Below, piece by piece: positions 8,662 through 16,851 of a DNA stretch of 46,790 bases. A program made the position numbers and the translations under genes. Within the stretch, counting starts at the first letter, position 1. Each line of letters opens with the position of its first letter. Below the pieces are notes generated by a model that was given only the letters and a program-made list of their open reading frames with translations, was not told the DNA's origin and searched no databases. Source of the stretch: a virus; the IMG/VR virus record IMGVR_UViG_3300048579_000027, positions 1 to 46,790 of that record; one strand, given 5' to 3'.

Positions 8662-10866
8662 TTAGTGTGTCTCTGCCCAGTTGTGCCCGTGTTTGGTTTC
8701 CGTGCGGAAGCGGCCCCGGAGCCCGAGGACTTCTCCCGCTTCGACGGCCGACTCTTCGGAGTATTTCGCGATGATCGGCCCGAGGCCCGGACGGTGTTCG
8801 TTCTGTTTTTCATCGTGGACCCAGAGCACTTGGTTGTAGTCCACGCGGAGCTTGTAGCCTGCGGCTCGCATCCTCTTGTGGAATAGGATAATCCAAACCT
8901 TGCACGCCGAAGCGCCTCCACCCTGGAGGAGCGTGTTGAGGGCAGCGTGGGGTTTGCGAACGTGAAGCTTGCGGCCGTCAATGCACCGCACCCAGCCCTG
9001 CCTCTTGGCCAGCCCGGTAATGTCGTCCTTCAAGAACTTGAGGCCGATGATGGCCTCCATGATCTTGTTGATGCCGCGAGAGCCCTTCACGATGCGCGCC
9101 TTGTCGAGGTCGTTAGGTTCCTCGTAGTCGCGGCCTTGAAGTTTCTTCATCCAGCGAAGGCGCTGGGGGAGTCCCGGATCAAGTAGAAGCTGTGGGACTT
9201 CCGGTTCCTCTACGCCCATCGCCTTGCCGGCCGTTAGGGCACCGCCTCCGTAAATGATGAGGTAGCCAAGCGTCTTGGAATCTCGGCGGGGTAGCCCTGT
9301 CATCTCTCCGTGTTCGGCGTGAGGATCACGAGACGGATCACACACACGCTCGGAGAATGCGCCTTCGTCGAGTGGGTGGAGGTAGTGCCCAAGGAGGATG
9401 AACTCCAAGGACGCCATGTCGGTGCCCGATAACTCCCAGCCCTCGCTAGCGATGAACAGGGAGCGGGCCTCGTAGCCAAAGCCACCCTCGACTCCCATGA
9501 CGGGACGCTTGGCGATGATCTTGCCGGTACTGTCTTTGACCTCCTCCACGACTACGGAAGGAGTCTGCCCAAGGTTCGGATTAAAGTGAGCGCCTCGCCC
9601 AGTGACAGTCCCAAGTGGATCGACACGGCCATGAACGTGGCCATCGGGACCAACGCACTGGAGCCACGCCTTATTGCCGTCCGCAAGGAAGCCCAGCGTT
9701 TTGGTGACCACGAAATAATCGAGGATGACCTTGCGGGTGTGCTCGTCAATGAGCGCGGAAGGAATCGCCTTGATCGCACTTTCGTCCACCTGAGGTTTGC
9801 CTGAGGGGGTGAATACCGAAGGCTTCCACGCGAACTTGCGCTTGAGGCGGTCCGCAAGGTGATCGCGCGATGACGGATTAAACTCGGTCCACTCGATGCG
9901 GCAGTAGTTGCCACCCTCGGTGTAGTACTCGCGGACGAACTCTCCGGTGAAGTCAGGTACCGTCTTGAGTCCCTTCACCTCCGCATGGATGCGTCCCGCG
10001 AGTTTCCCCACTTCGGGGTCCTCGATTGCGGGAAGGTCCTTACGGGTTCGCGCTACGGCTCGATTGTTGGCGCGTCCCCTGTTGGGGTCATCCTTTGGTG
10101 CGTACCACGCTCCGAATATCTTGCGGAGTTCGTCGGTCATCTCCGCCTGGGAGTTCTTTAGGTCCTGCGTGAGGGCTACCGCGCGGTCCTTGTCGAAGCA
10201 GACTCCAACCTCCTCCTGCTCCGAGATGATGCGAGTCATCTCCATTTCAATCCAGAACGGGAGCCACGGCCACACATAGGCCCCTTCCGGGGAGTCCTCC
10301 GTCCAGCCGATGCGGCGGCACAGGAGAGCAAAGAGGTCCTCGTTAACAACGCCGTCCTGGATCATGTAATCCTGCATCTCAGGACTCCACGCATCCCACC
10401 CGCCGTCGTACTCGCCCTTATAGTTTCCGATGCGGTAACCCCACGCACCCAGCGATTGACGCTTGAGGTACTTCGCCGGCATGCGCCCCGTATGGAAACG
10501 CTTCATGTCCGGGCCGATGAGCAAGTCCGCAGGCCACACCATCTTGCACGCGGGGAGCGTGTCGAAGGTGAGGAAGTGCTCGGGGTCGTACTTGGTCGGG
10601 TAGACCTTCGCGATGGCGCGATGATCGAACCCAATAAAGTTGTGGCCGATGATGACGCCAACCTCATCCATCAACCACTCGGGGTATTCACGGATGTTGT
10701 CCTGGGTCCAGTGCTTCGCGGTGCCCCTGAGGATGTCCCGCGAGGTCGCGCAATGGAGTCGATCCAACTCAGGGATGAGGCCGTTGGTCTCGATGTCCGA
10801 AACGATGATGCGCTTGTCGCGTGCCCTCTCCAGGATTGGCTCCGGGAGTTTGTACTGAGTCACCAA
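8662..10866 (-). CDS. DNA polymerase, family A (T7 gp5-like) with 3'-5' exonuclease domain
   Basis: 734 aa. Exo I IVSDIETNGL, Exo II HNFIGFDHRA, Pol motif A GTDMASLEFILLGHY, motif B RRDSKTLGYLIIYGGG, motif C VLWVHDE. Confidence 0.95.
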   Translation of the reverse strand: MVTQYKLPEPILERARDKRIIVSDIETNGLIPELDRLHCATSRDILRGTAKHWTQDNIREYPEWLMDEVGVIIGHNFIGFDHRAIAKVYPTKYDPEHFLTFDTLPACKMVWPADLLIGPDMKRFHTGRMPAKYLKRQSLGAWGYRIGNYKGEYDGGWDAWSPEMQDYMIQDGVVNEDLFALLCRRIGWTEDSPEGAYVWPWLPFWIEMEMTRIISEQEEVGVCFDKDRAVALTQDLKNSQAEMTDELRKIFGAWYAPKDDPNRGRANNRAVARTRKDLPAIEDPEVGKLAGRIHAEVKGLKTVPDFTGEFVREYYTEGGNYCRIEWTEFNPSSRDHLADRLKRKFAWKPSVFTPSGKPQVDESAIKAIPSALIDEHTRKVILDYFVVTKTLGFLADGNKAWLQCVGPDGHVHGRVDPLGTVTGRGAHFNPNLGQTPSVVVEEVKDSTGKIIAKRPVMGVEGGFGYEARSLFIASEGWELSGTDMASLEFILLGHYLHPLDEGAFSERVCDPSRDPHAEHGEMTGLPRRDSKTLGYLIIYGGGALTAGKAMGVEEPEVPQLLLDPGLPQRLRWMKKLQGRDYEEPNDLDKARIVKGSRGINKIMEAIIGLKFLKDDITGLAKRQGWVRCIDGRKLHVRKPHAALNTLLQGGGASACKVWIILFHKRMRAAGYKLRVDYNQVLWVHDEKQNEHRPGLGPIIAKYSEESAVEAGEVLGLRGRFRTETKHGHNWAETH

Positions 10867-11069
10867 AATCTAACACCGTGGCCACGATACAAGATGGTGG
10901 CTGTAATGAGTCCGATGGGGCCGAATAGTCCGACAAGGAGCGCATGCATGAAGTCCGCCCAGTCGTCGGTTGGAATTGACCAGCGCCGATACTCTGCTCC
11001 CAAGTCGGCAAAGGTCATCCCGAAGGCGACAACGCCGCAGAGGGCCCACACCACAATTAGGGCGATCAT
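10860..11069 (-). CDS. Small membrane protein
   Basis: 69 aa with two hydrophobic helices. Overlaps the DNAP start by 7 nt. Confidence 0.5.
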   Translation of the reverse strand: MIALIVVWALCGVVAFGMTFADLGAEYRRWSIPTDDWADFMHALLVGLFGPIGLITATILYRGHGVRFW

Positions 11070-11081
11070 GCTCCTAGGGTC

Positions 11082-11384
11082 CTAACTGTTGAGCGGGCGG
11101 AGGTACTTGCGGCGGACCGCAGCGGTGAGGCCGTTGGTGAGGCGCTCAATGTACGTGAGGATTTTCACGCGGCCCTCCTCCAAGGTGCCGTGCTTATCCA
11201 GCGCGGCGGGGAGAAGGCCTCCCTTGTCTTTCCACTCAGGGATGGCGCGATAGCTCACACCGTGGTGGAGAAGCGTGTCGTAGGCGTAGAGGAGAAACTT
11301 AGTCCACGCTGCCGCCAGAGAGAGGCGAACGCTGAGGATGCGATTCTCCCGAACCAGCGGGGGCTCCTCGGTGGACTTCACCAT
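11082..11384 (-). CDS. Hypothetical protein
   Basis: 100-aa ORF between the primase-helicase and DNAP genes. Confidence 0.55.
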   Translation of the reverse strand: MVKSTEEPPLVRENRILSVRLSLAAAWTKFLLYAYDTLLHHGVSYRAIPEWKDKGGLLPAALDKHGTLEEGRVKILTYIERLTNGLTAAVRRKYLRPLNS

Positions 11385-11398
11385 GATGGGTATTCTCC

Positions 11399-13123
11399 TT
11401 AGTAGTCCCCCCCCGTTTCTGGGGCTGGAGGGAAATTTCTCGAACTTCCAGCGTCGGATTCATCTCCAGGCCACGGCTCATCCGTAGGCTCGTACCGCCC
11501 CGTCTCCATGTCGTACTTGAGGATGCACCCGACTCCGGTGAAGCGGGCGACACGGTTCTTGAGCCATCGGACTCTGAGGAGGTCCGGCCGGTCTCCTTGT
11601 TGGTCTCTCTCATAAGCGATCACGTTGTGTGCGAAGTGGGTCAACGCTCCGCTGCCCTTGATGTCGGGGAGGCCAATCGCAGCGCCCTCCTCAAAGGGAG
11701 TGCCATCCGGTTTGCGGAGGTGGTACCCGATGTGAAACGAGATGCCTTGCGCCTTGGCCTCCGCTGCGAGACGGCCCGCGAGGCGGTCCTCCTCTTGCGT
11801 GCGGTGTGCTGCGGGAAGCTGCGACACAAGGAACGTCAGTGGGTCTAAGACGATGACCTTGCAGTCGAGGGCTTGGCGCATGTAGCGAATGTAGGAGAAC
11901 ACCGCGTCGAGTCCGTACTCGGCTTGCTCGGGGTCGTACATCTCCAAGCGACGACTGCCGAACAACTCATCGAAGAGTCGAAGGCCTTCCTTGTCGCTCA
12001 CAGGTTTGAGGCTCAACATCTTGCCCGCATGGATGCCCAGCATGGCAACCATCGCTTGCTTGGTGAGGTCCTCAAAGCCGAACCACCCAACCTTGCAGGG
12101 CTCCTGCACGGGAAACCCTTTGATGAACTCCTCGCCCGTCCACTTCACGAGGTGGTTGGCGTAGTGAATCATCAGTGTGGTCTTAGCGATGCCCGTACCG
12201 CCTACATGATAGGTACATTCGCCGGGGCGCATCCCCACGGACTTTTCGTTGAACACGTCCCACGGGTATGGCCACGATGGAGTCTGGAGGCCTTCCTCAA
12301 AGAATGATTCGCGCCGGTCGGCTGCGTTAATGATTCCTAGAGGCCGCCACGGTACTGCTGCCCAGACTGCATTATATATGTCGCCCGCACGGTTCTTGCT
12401 CAACGCATCGGATGGGCCCTCCGCGTCGGGGATTCTTGCAATTTTGACCTTACCGACTGGAAATAGTGTTGCGACTTCTTGTGCCGCTTTCTCCCATGTG
12501 CTATCGGCCCCAAAGAATAAAATTATTTCTTGGAACCTATCGAGCCATCGGTAGTTTGTTTTGCACGATTTGGCGGCCCCAGTGCTACCTCCCGTCACGC
12601 TCACGCAGGGCATGGTGATGCGGGTAGCCTGGGCCGTGCTCATTGCGTCCCTCGGGTCCCGGTGAATTACAACCTTGCGGTCGTTCCGGTCTCCGAAGGC
12701 ATGCATTCCGAATAGTTGAAGGTCCTCTCCTAACTCCCCGATCACTTCCGACTCTGTGGGGCCCGTTAGTAGCTCTTGGGCTACAAGGTTGCCCTTCTGG
12801 TCGTACAGCGGTGCAACTTGCACGCGCTTTCCCTTATAGCCACCTTGGAAGTATCCGAAACGACGGAGTGTCTCCGTGGTTAAGTTCCTCTTAGTCAGAG
12901 GGGCCCACGCTCCGTCTCCCGGTTTAAGGAGTCCTTTGGGTGTCGCCACCGTCACGCGCTCCTCTCGGTGCTGCTGGTCGGGTGGTGTGTGGTATCCGCA
13001 CGAGACATTAAAGCAGTGCGAGTGGCCGTCCGCGTATTTGTTGAGGCGCTCCTTGCCGCACTCAGGACATGGGAGCTTGGTGGCAACTTCGATGGAGCCT
13101 AGGCCGCCTTCGCGGTCACTCAT
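11399..13123 (-). CDS. Bifunctional primase-helicase (T7 gp4-like)
   Basis: 574 aa. N-terminal Zn finger CPECGKERLNKYADGHSHCFNVSCGYH. Walker A GGTGIAKTT in the C-terminal DnaB-like half. Size and position as in T7. Confidence 0.92.
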   Translation of the reverse strand: MSDREGGLGSIEVATKLPCPECGKERLNKYADGHSHCFNVSCGYHTPPDQQHREERVTVATPKGLLKPGDGAWAPLTKRNLTTETLRRFGYFQGGYKGKRVQVAPLYDQKGNLVAQELLTGPTESEVIGELGEDLQLFGMHAFGDRNDRKVVIHRDPRDAMSTAQATRITMPCVSVTGGSTGAAKSCKTNYRWLDRFQEIILFFGADSTWEKAAQEVATLFPVGKVKIARIPDAEGPSDALSKNRAGDIYNAVWAAVPWRPLGIINAADRRESFFEEGLQTPSWPYPWDVFNEKSVGMRPGECTYHVGGTGIAKTTLMIHYANHLVKWTGEEFIKGFPVQEPCKVGWFGFEDLTKQAMVAMLGIHAGKMLSLKPVSDKEGLRLFDELFGSRRLEMYDPEQAEYGLDAVFSYIRYMRQALDCKVIVLDPLTFLVSQLPAAHRTQEEDRLAGRLAAEAKAQGISFHIGYHLRKPDGTPFEEGAAIGLPDIKGSGALTHFAHNVIAYERDQQGDRPDLLRVRWLKNRVARFTGVGCILKYDMETGRYEPTDEPWPGDESDAGSSRNFPPAPETGGDY

Positions 13124-13503
13124 GCCAGCCTCGCGTGTCCGTACTCCACCAAGATTTTCCTTGCTGCACCTTTAGCTATCTCGGGGTACGTCACTGCGAA
13201 TCCTGTTCCAGCCCTGAGGTCCTCCTCCGAGATTCTATCCTTGTGTCGGTGCGTGATGTTCTTCCACTCGCGCAACATGGTGTGACACACCTCATCAAAC
13301 CAAGTGTCGCGAACCGGCGAGATGTCCATCACGTAGTAGGACCAACTCAGGATTAAGAACCAGGGGATGTACATTGAAGGGCCTTCCTTTGAGATGACAC
13401 CTTCAATGTACTTCTCAAGCTTCTTTTGCCTCGAAAGCAGACTCGGAACACGTGACCGCCGGACGGCCTTCGGCTTCGCCTGGGTCCTCCGTGTCGGTGG
13501 CAT
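13120..13503 (-). CDS. Hypothetical protein (start uncertain)
   Basis: 127-aa ORF with ATGA overlap with the primase start. The first 89 nt overlap the upstream ORF; an alternative ATG lies at 13374. Confidence 0.45.
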   Translation of the reverse strand: MPPTRRTQAKPKAVRRSRVPSLLSRQKKLEKYIEGVISKEGPSMYIPWFLILSWSYYVMDISPVRDTWFDEVCHTMLREWKNITHRHKDRISEEDLRAGTGFAVTYPEIAKGAARKILVEYGHARLA

Positions 13504-13687
13504 ATTGTGGGCGTCCCGTGTGATCTGCGGTGAAGCCTACTGGGAGGCTCACGCGCTTGAGGATCATGCGGCCCCGAACGTCGCGGATGCCCGTCCGTAC
13601 ATAGGCGACTTCGCCAACGATGATGTCGGGGACAAGTCCGTACTCTCCGTCCTCAAGCCACGGCAACCACGTGCCCTTCTCACGCAT
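13415..13687 (-). CDS. Hypothetical protein
   Basis: Start taken at MREKGTW (ATG at 13687), 8-nt overlap with the upstream ORF. Acidic C-terminal tail. Confidence 0.4.
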   Translation of the reverse strand: MREKGTWLPWLEDGEYGLVPDIIVGEVAYVRTGIRDVRGRMILKRVSLPVGFTADHTGRPQYATDTEDPGEAEGRPAVTCSESAFEAKEA

Positions 13688-13949
13688 CCAGCGCCTTTCC
13701 GCCTTCACGTCGGCTGCACCTATCGAGGCGGAACGCCAGCTTGCGGGCCTTGCGTTGGGCGTCCTCCAGGATGTCTGCCGACTCCATGATCTGGAACATG
13801 GACTCGATGCGGCCCATAACCAGGAAACCAACGGCGTCCGCCTCCTCGCACACGCAGCCCTTGATGTCATATGGAACGATGAACGTGCGGGACTTGACGA
13901 TGGGCGGCTCCTTAAGGGGAGCCACGTAGCGCGGAATTACTGGAGCCAT
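13680..13949 (-). CDS. Hypothetical protein
   Basis: 89-aa ORF on the coding strand. Confidence 0.45.
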   Translation of the reverse strand: MAPVIPRYVAPLKEPPIVKSRTFIVPYDIKGCVCEEADAVGFLVMGRIESMFQIMESADILEDAQRKARKLAFRLDRCSRREGGKALDA

Positions 13950-14023
13950 GAGAGCGCCACTGCGGCGAATATGGTGGACACCACGAGCGCGTAGACTCCG
14001 ATTGCCCAGAGGAGATGCCGCAT
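13937..14023 (-). CDS. 28-aa single-helix membrane peptide
   Basis: ATG at 14023 preceded by GGAGGAG. Encodes MRHLLWAIGVYALVVSTIFAAVALSWLQ. Confidence 0.4.
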   Translation of the reverse strand: MRHLLWAIGVYALVVSTIFAAVALSWLQ

Positions 14024-14027
14024 CGCG

Positions 14028-14282
14028 TTACTCCTCCGTGTTGATGTCGAGCCAATACGCCTTGTAACGACGATTGTGCTGGTCGGTGCGCCACTCGTCT
14101 GCGATGGAGACTCCGCCGCGCCTAATCTCGCGGATGCACCGCGTGGTGTCCGCAATGCCCAGCGTAAGGTGAGCGTACAGCGCGGTGATGACGGCCCCTC
14201 GCCTGAGGTGGTCCAGCATCATGGTGGCTTGCGGCGACATGAATGCGGTTGCCGTGAAGGCGTGAACAGCTTCGCCAACCAT
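14028..14282 (-). CDS. Small helix-turn-helix DNA-binding protein (HTH_39-like)
   Basis: 84 aa. MLDHLRRGAVITALYAHLTLGIADTTRCIREIRRGGVSI fits the winged-HTH pattern of small phage regulators as I recall it. Confidence 0.5.
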   Translation of the reverse strand: MVGEAVHAFTATAFMSPQATMMLDHLRRGAVITALYAHLTLGIADTTRCIREIRRGGVSIADEWRTDQHNRRYKAYWLDINTEE

Positions 14283-14803
14283 TACGAGGCCGCCTTCTCG
14301 GTGCGAGCGAGTAGAGCCGCCAGAGGCCTAACCCTCGATACATCGCGGGACTTGAGGCTCTTGCGCAGGGTGTGGACATTGAGCGTCGGACACTTCGATG
14401 TGCGGCGGTAGCGGCCAAGTTCGCGGTGGCCAACCACCTTGGCCTCCGGGAATTGCTTCAAGAAGGCCAAGGCGATTAACCTCACGGCCGTGCGCTGGGG
14501 AGCCGTGAAGTTGTCCTCATGGTGTTTCCCCGACTCGTCACGGCCGCCAATGAGGCAGATGCCGATGGACTCGTGGTTGTAGCCGGGCGTGTGTGAGCCG
14601 ATGGTGTCGAGTTCGCGCAGCCGGTGGATGCACCCGTCCCGGTCGATAATGAGGTGATAGCCGATGTCCAGGAGGCCGCGCGCCCTGCCCTGCCATCGGA
14701 GGACCTCAGCGGGCTTTGACACGTCCAGGCCTGTGTGGCTGTCGTGAACTATCAGCAAAGTGGTCAAGCGCCGCCTGCGGTACTGGAACGGTGCGGGGTC
14801 CAC
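14282..14803 (-). CDS. N-acetylmuramoyl-L-alanine amidase (T7 lysozyme gp3.5-like)
   Basis: LDIGYHLIIDRDG and GYNHESIGICLIGG match T7 gp3.5 LDVGYHFIIKRDG and GYNHNSIGVCLVGG. There is no ATG upstream of the domain. Provisional GTG at 14803 (alternative TTG at 14767). Overlaps the endonuclease I 3' end. Confidence 0.85.
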   Translation of the reverse strand: MDPAPFQYRRRRLTTLLIVHDSHTGLDVSKPAEVLRWQGRARGLLDIGYHLIIDRDGCIHRLRELDTIGSHTPGYNHESIGICLIGGRDESGKHHEDNFTAPQRTAVRLIALAFLKQFPEAKVVGHRELGRYRRTSKCPTLNVHTLRKSLKSRDVSRVRPLAALLARTEKAAS

Positions 14804-15248
14804 GCGCTCCGGGCTTTGCGGGTTCTCTGGCCCAGGCAACGGGGATAAGGCCGGCAGCCCACTTGAATCCATGTTTCTCTGCCCACATTGCGTGTGTCGT
14901 CTTGCTCCCCTTCGACATGGGAGCGTGCGGTTTCTGAAAGACGAACCGGATGTCCAGGTCGGGGTGGGCAATCTTGATGAATAGGTGCTTTGCGCGGTCC
15001 TGCGGCTCGAACTTCCCCTTGGTCTCAACGATGATGCCGTTGGGTAGCTCAAAGTCCGGCGTGTAGGAGCGCTCCGTGGTCGGGATGATGTACTTGATGA
15101 CCACGGACTCAAACACCACAGGGATGCCGTTGGCCTCCAGGTGCTTTGCGTTCTTCTGCTCAAGACCGCTTCGGAAGCCGTGGCGTAGTCCGGTCTTGAG
15201 GTCGTTGCGGAAGCGCTTCCAAGATTGGAACTCGCGGGAGACTGCCAC
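14706..15248 (-). CDS. Endonuclease I, Holliday-junction resolvase (T7 gp3-like)
   Basis: FRSGLEQKNAKHLE and YTPDFELPNGIIVETKG...HPDLDIRFVF match T7 gp3 FRSGLEDKVSKQLE and YTPDFLLPNGIFVETKG...HPELDIRIVF. Confidence 0.9.
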   Translation of the reverse strand: MAVSREFQSWKRFRNDLKTGLRHGFRSGLEQKNAKHLEANGIPVVFESVVIKYIIPTTERSYTPDFELPNGIIVETKGKFEPQDRAKHLFIKIAHPDLDIRFVFQKPHAPMSKGSKTTHAMWAEKHGFKWAAGLIPVAWAREPAKPGARGPRTVPVPQAALDHFADSSRQPHRPGRVKAR

Positions 15249-15499
15249 TAGGCGTATTCTCCCAGTTCATGTACTAGGTCCGATGTGAGGACGTAGCTCC
15301 CCAACACAAAGCGGTCCTCGATGGACACCACGGTGTCGTCGCCAAGTGTGCGATTGACGCGATGCACGAGCGTGTTCACGGAGGTGGGTTGTGCGAACCC
15401 CATGCGGCGCTGGAGCCACCACCTGGAGGCACCCATCGGGCCTTGCCGGCGGATGTGCGTTAGGAGTTCGTCAAGGCGCGGATGCGTGAGGCGGGCCAT
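15248..15499 (-). CDS. Hypothetical, possibly winged-helix protein
   Basis: Start taken at MARLTHP (ATG at 15499, TAATG overlap with the upstream peptide). 83 aa. Confidence 0.45.
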   Translation of the reverse strand: MARLTHPRLDELLTHIRRQGPMGASRWWLQRRMGFAQPTSVNTLVHRVNRTLGDDTVVSIEDRFVLGSYVLTSDLVHELGEYA

Positions 15500-15609
15500 T
15501 AGTGCAGCCTCCCCCAACCAACCACCACGAACATGGTGATGATGGCTAAGGTGATCGCGATAGAGCACGCGCGCTCGTACCGCGAGGAGTACATCCTCAC
15601 GTTCTGCAT
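15499..15609 (-). CDS. 36-aa membrane peptide
   Basis: ATG at 15609 with GGGAG 8 nt upstream. Hydrophobic core SIAITLAIITMFVVVGW. Confidence 0.35.
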   Translation of the reverse strand: MQNVRMYSSRYERACSIAITLAIITMFVVVGWGRLH

Positions 15610-15667
15610 TTCAGTCGCTCCCGTTGATGAAACTTGTGGGTGTGCTGCTAGCCGCGTAGTGCTCGGG

Positions 15668-15973
15668 CTAGCCTCGCGCCGCAGTGAGGACGCCATCCAC
15701 CCACTGGATGAAGTCGCTACCGCATTCGTCCTTCTGGATTTCGGACTTGCGGATGTTCGTCATGGCGCGAGTAAGGGTCGGCAGCGTCCAGCCGCCTTTA
15801 GGCTCCGGTAGAGCGGCGAGCTTGCCGAAACACTTCCGGTATTCGTGCGGGATGTTCGGAACGTCGGGCCTAACGGTTCTTGCCGCCGCGACTTTTTGCT
15901 CTGAGGTCAAACAGCCGGCGAGCAATAGACTCAGGCACAACGATAGCGCCGCTAGTGTCCCGCGCTGCGTCAT
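15668..15973 (-). CDS. Outer-membrane lipoprotein, o-spanin candidate (Rz1-like, overlapped architecture)
   Basis: MTQRGTLAALSLCLSLLLAGC has a signal peptide plus an L-A-G-C lipobox. The gene starts inside the 3' part of the upstream coiled-coil membrane protein gene in another frame and extends beyond it. Confidence 0.6.
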   Translation of the reverse strand: MTQRGTLAALSLCLSLLLAGCLTSEQKVAAARTVRPDVPNIPHEYRKCFGKLAALPEPKGGWTLPTLTRAMTNIRKSEIQKDECGSDFIQWVDGVLTAARG

Positions 15974-16313
15974 TGTTGATGCGCTCAATCTCGCTCTCCA
16001 GTTCTTCGGTACGTCGCTCCGCTGCTAGCCTGCGGTCCTCCTCAGCCTTGCGGACCTTCTCGAACTCCGTGGCGAGGCGCTCGCGCTCCTGCTCTGCGGC
16101 TTTCTCCCACTTGTGTTTCTCAAGGGCGCGGCCTTCGGTGATGCCTCTCGCTCCGCCAGCGATGGTGAAGGTGATCGCGAGAATGATTCCCGCTGCGAGG
16201 CCGCCGAACCGTGTGGGGATGTGCAGGAAGGCGAGACACGCAACGGCCGCGCCAAAGACGATCCACACCTGCCACGGGATGAACCCGAGGATGAACGACG
16301 TGATGAAACTCAC
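15870..16313 (-). CDS. i-spanin candidate (Rz-like) with unusually long or double N-terminal hydrophobic region
   Basis: 147 aa with a GTG start (GTGA overlap with the upstream stop). Hydrophobic residues about 3-30 and 37-54, then a charged coiled coil (EKAAEQERERLATEFEKVRKAEEDRRLAAERRTEELESEIERI). Confidence 0.55.
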   Translation of the reverse strand: MSFITSFILGFIPWQVWIVFGAAVACLAFLHIPTRFGGLAAGIILAITFTIAGGARGITEGRALEKHKWEKAAEQERERLATEFEKVRKAEEDRRLAAERRTEELESEIERINNDAARDTSGAIVVPESIARRLFDLRAKSRGGKNR

Positions 16314-16672
16314 GGCTGGTTGTTCTGGTTGACGACAAGGGCCCCTGCGATGTCCCGCGCGGAGCCTCCCGTCGTGTCAGTGTCGGCGGCACCCGTCACC
16401 ACGGCCACCACCATGCCCAGCTTGAAGTGGACTTGAAGGTTAGCCGCCCATGCCAGATTGGAGCCGGTCACAGGGATGCGCAGCTTTGGCAACGTGGTGC
16501 CTACGGTCACGTCCGCTGCGGCGGCTGCGTCGTAAAGCTTCGCGTAGCGGGCGGAAGCATTGGCGTTCGCGAGATGGTAGCCGTGAAGCTGGCACGGGCC
16601 CTTCTGCACGAGTACGGCGCTCGCATCGCCTGGGGATGATACGGCGAAGGTGCTCATTCCTGTGGTCTCCAA
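16310..16672 (-). CDS. Hypothetical protein (beta-rich)
   Basis: 120-aa ORF on the coding strand; no family recognised. An alternative start at MSTFAV is 15 nt downstream. Confidence 0.5.
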   Translation of the reverse strand: METTGMSTFAVSSPGDASAVLVQKGPCQLHGYHLANANASARYAKLYDAAAAADVTVGTTLPKLRIPVTGSNLAWAANLQVHFKLGMVVAVVTGAADTDTTGGSARDIAGALVVNQNNQP

Positions 16673-16681
16673 TCAAAGGTG

Positions 16682-16797
16682 CCTCCCCCAAGCGCGGCGG
16701 GGTCTCCAAGCGGGTGGATAGCGCGACGTTCGGGAGGAACGCGAGGTTGCGCTATGGGCGTCCACCAAAGGCGTGGAGCGGCGGCGCTTGGGGGAGG
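16682..16797 (-). promoter_or_regulatory. 116-nt nested inverted-repeat element between the SSB gene and the next gene
   Basis: A perfect 14-nt arm cctcccccaagcgc (16682-16695) pairs with gcgcttgggggagg (16784-16797). Inner arms ggtggatagcgc (16713-16724) pair with gcgcta (16749-16754) and tccacc (16761-16766). Confidence 0.5.
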
Positions 16798-16851
16798 ACG
16801 TGCGGGCGGCCAGGATGCTGTCGAACCATCGGGGCCCCACGCAAGCGTGTG

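Noticed and set aside
8556-8981. Upstream two-thirds of the 215-aa track ORF 8334-8981.
   Set aside because: It overlaps the 3' end of the DNA polymerase gene out of frame and translates to an Arg/Ser/Thr-rich low-complexity sequence. Only the part downstream of the DNAP stop is plausibly coding.
14804-15163. N-terminal 120 residues of the 293-aa track ORF containing the amidase domain.
   Set aside because: This part is out of frame over the endonuclease I gene, whose homology to T7 gp3 is unambiguous. Its translation is Ser/Arg/Pro-rich filler.
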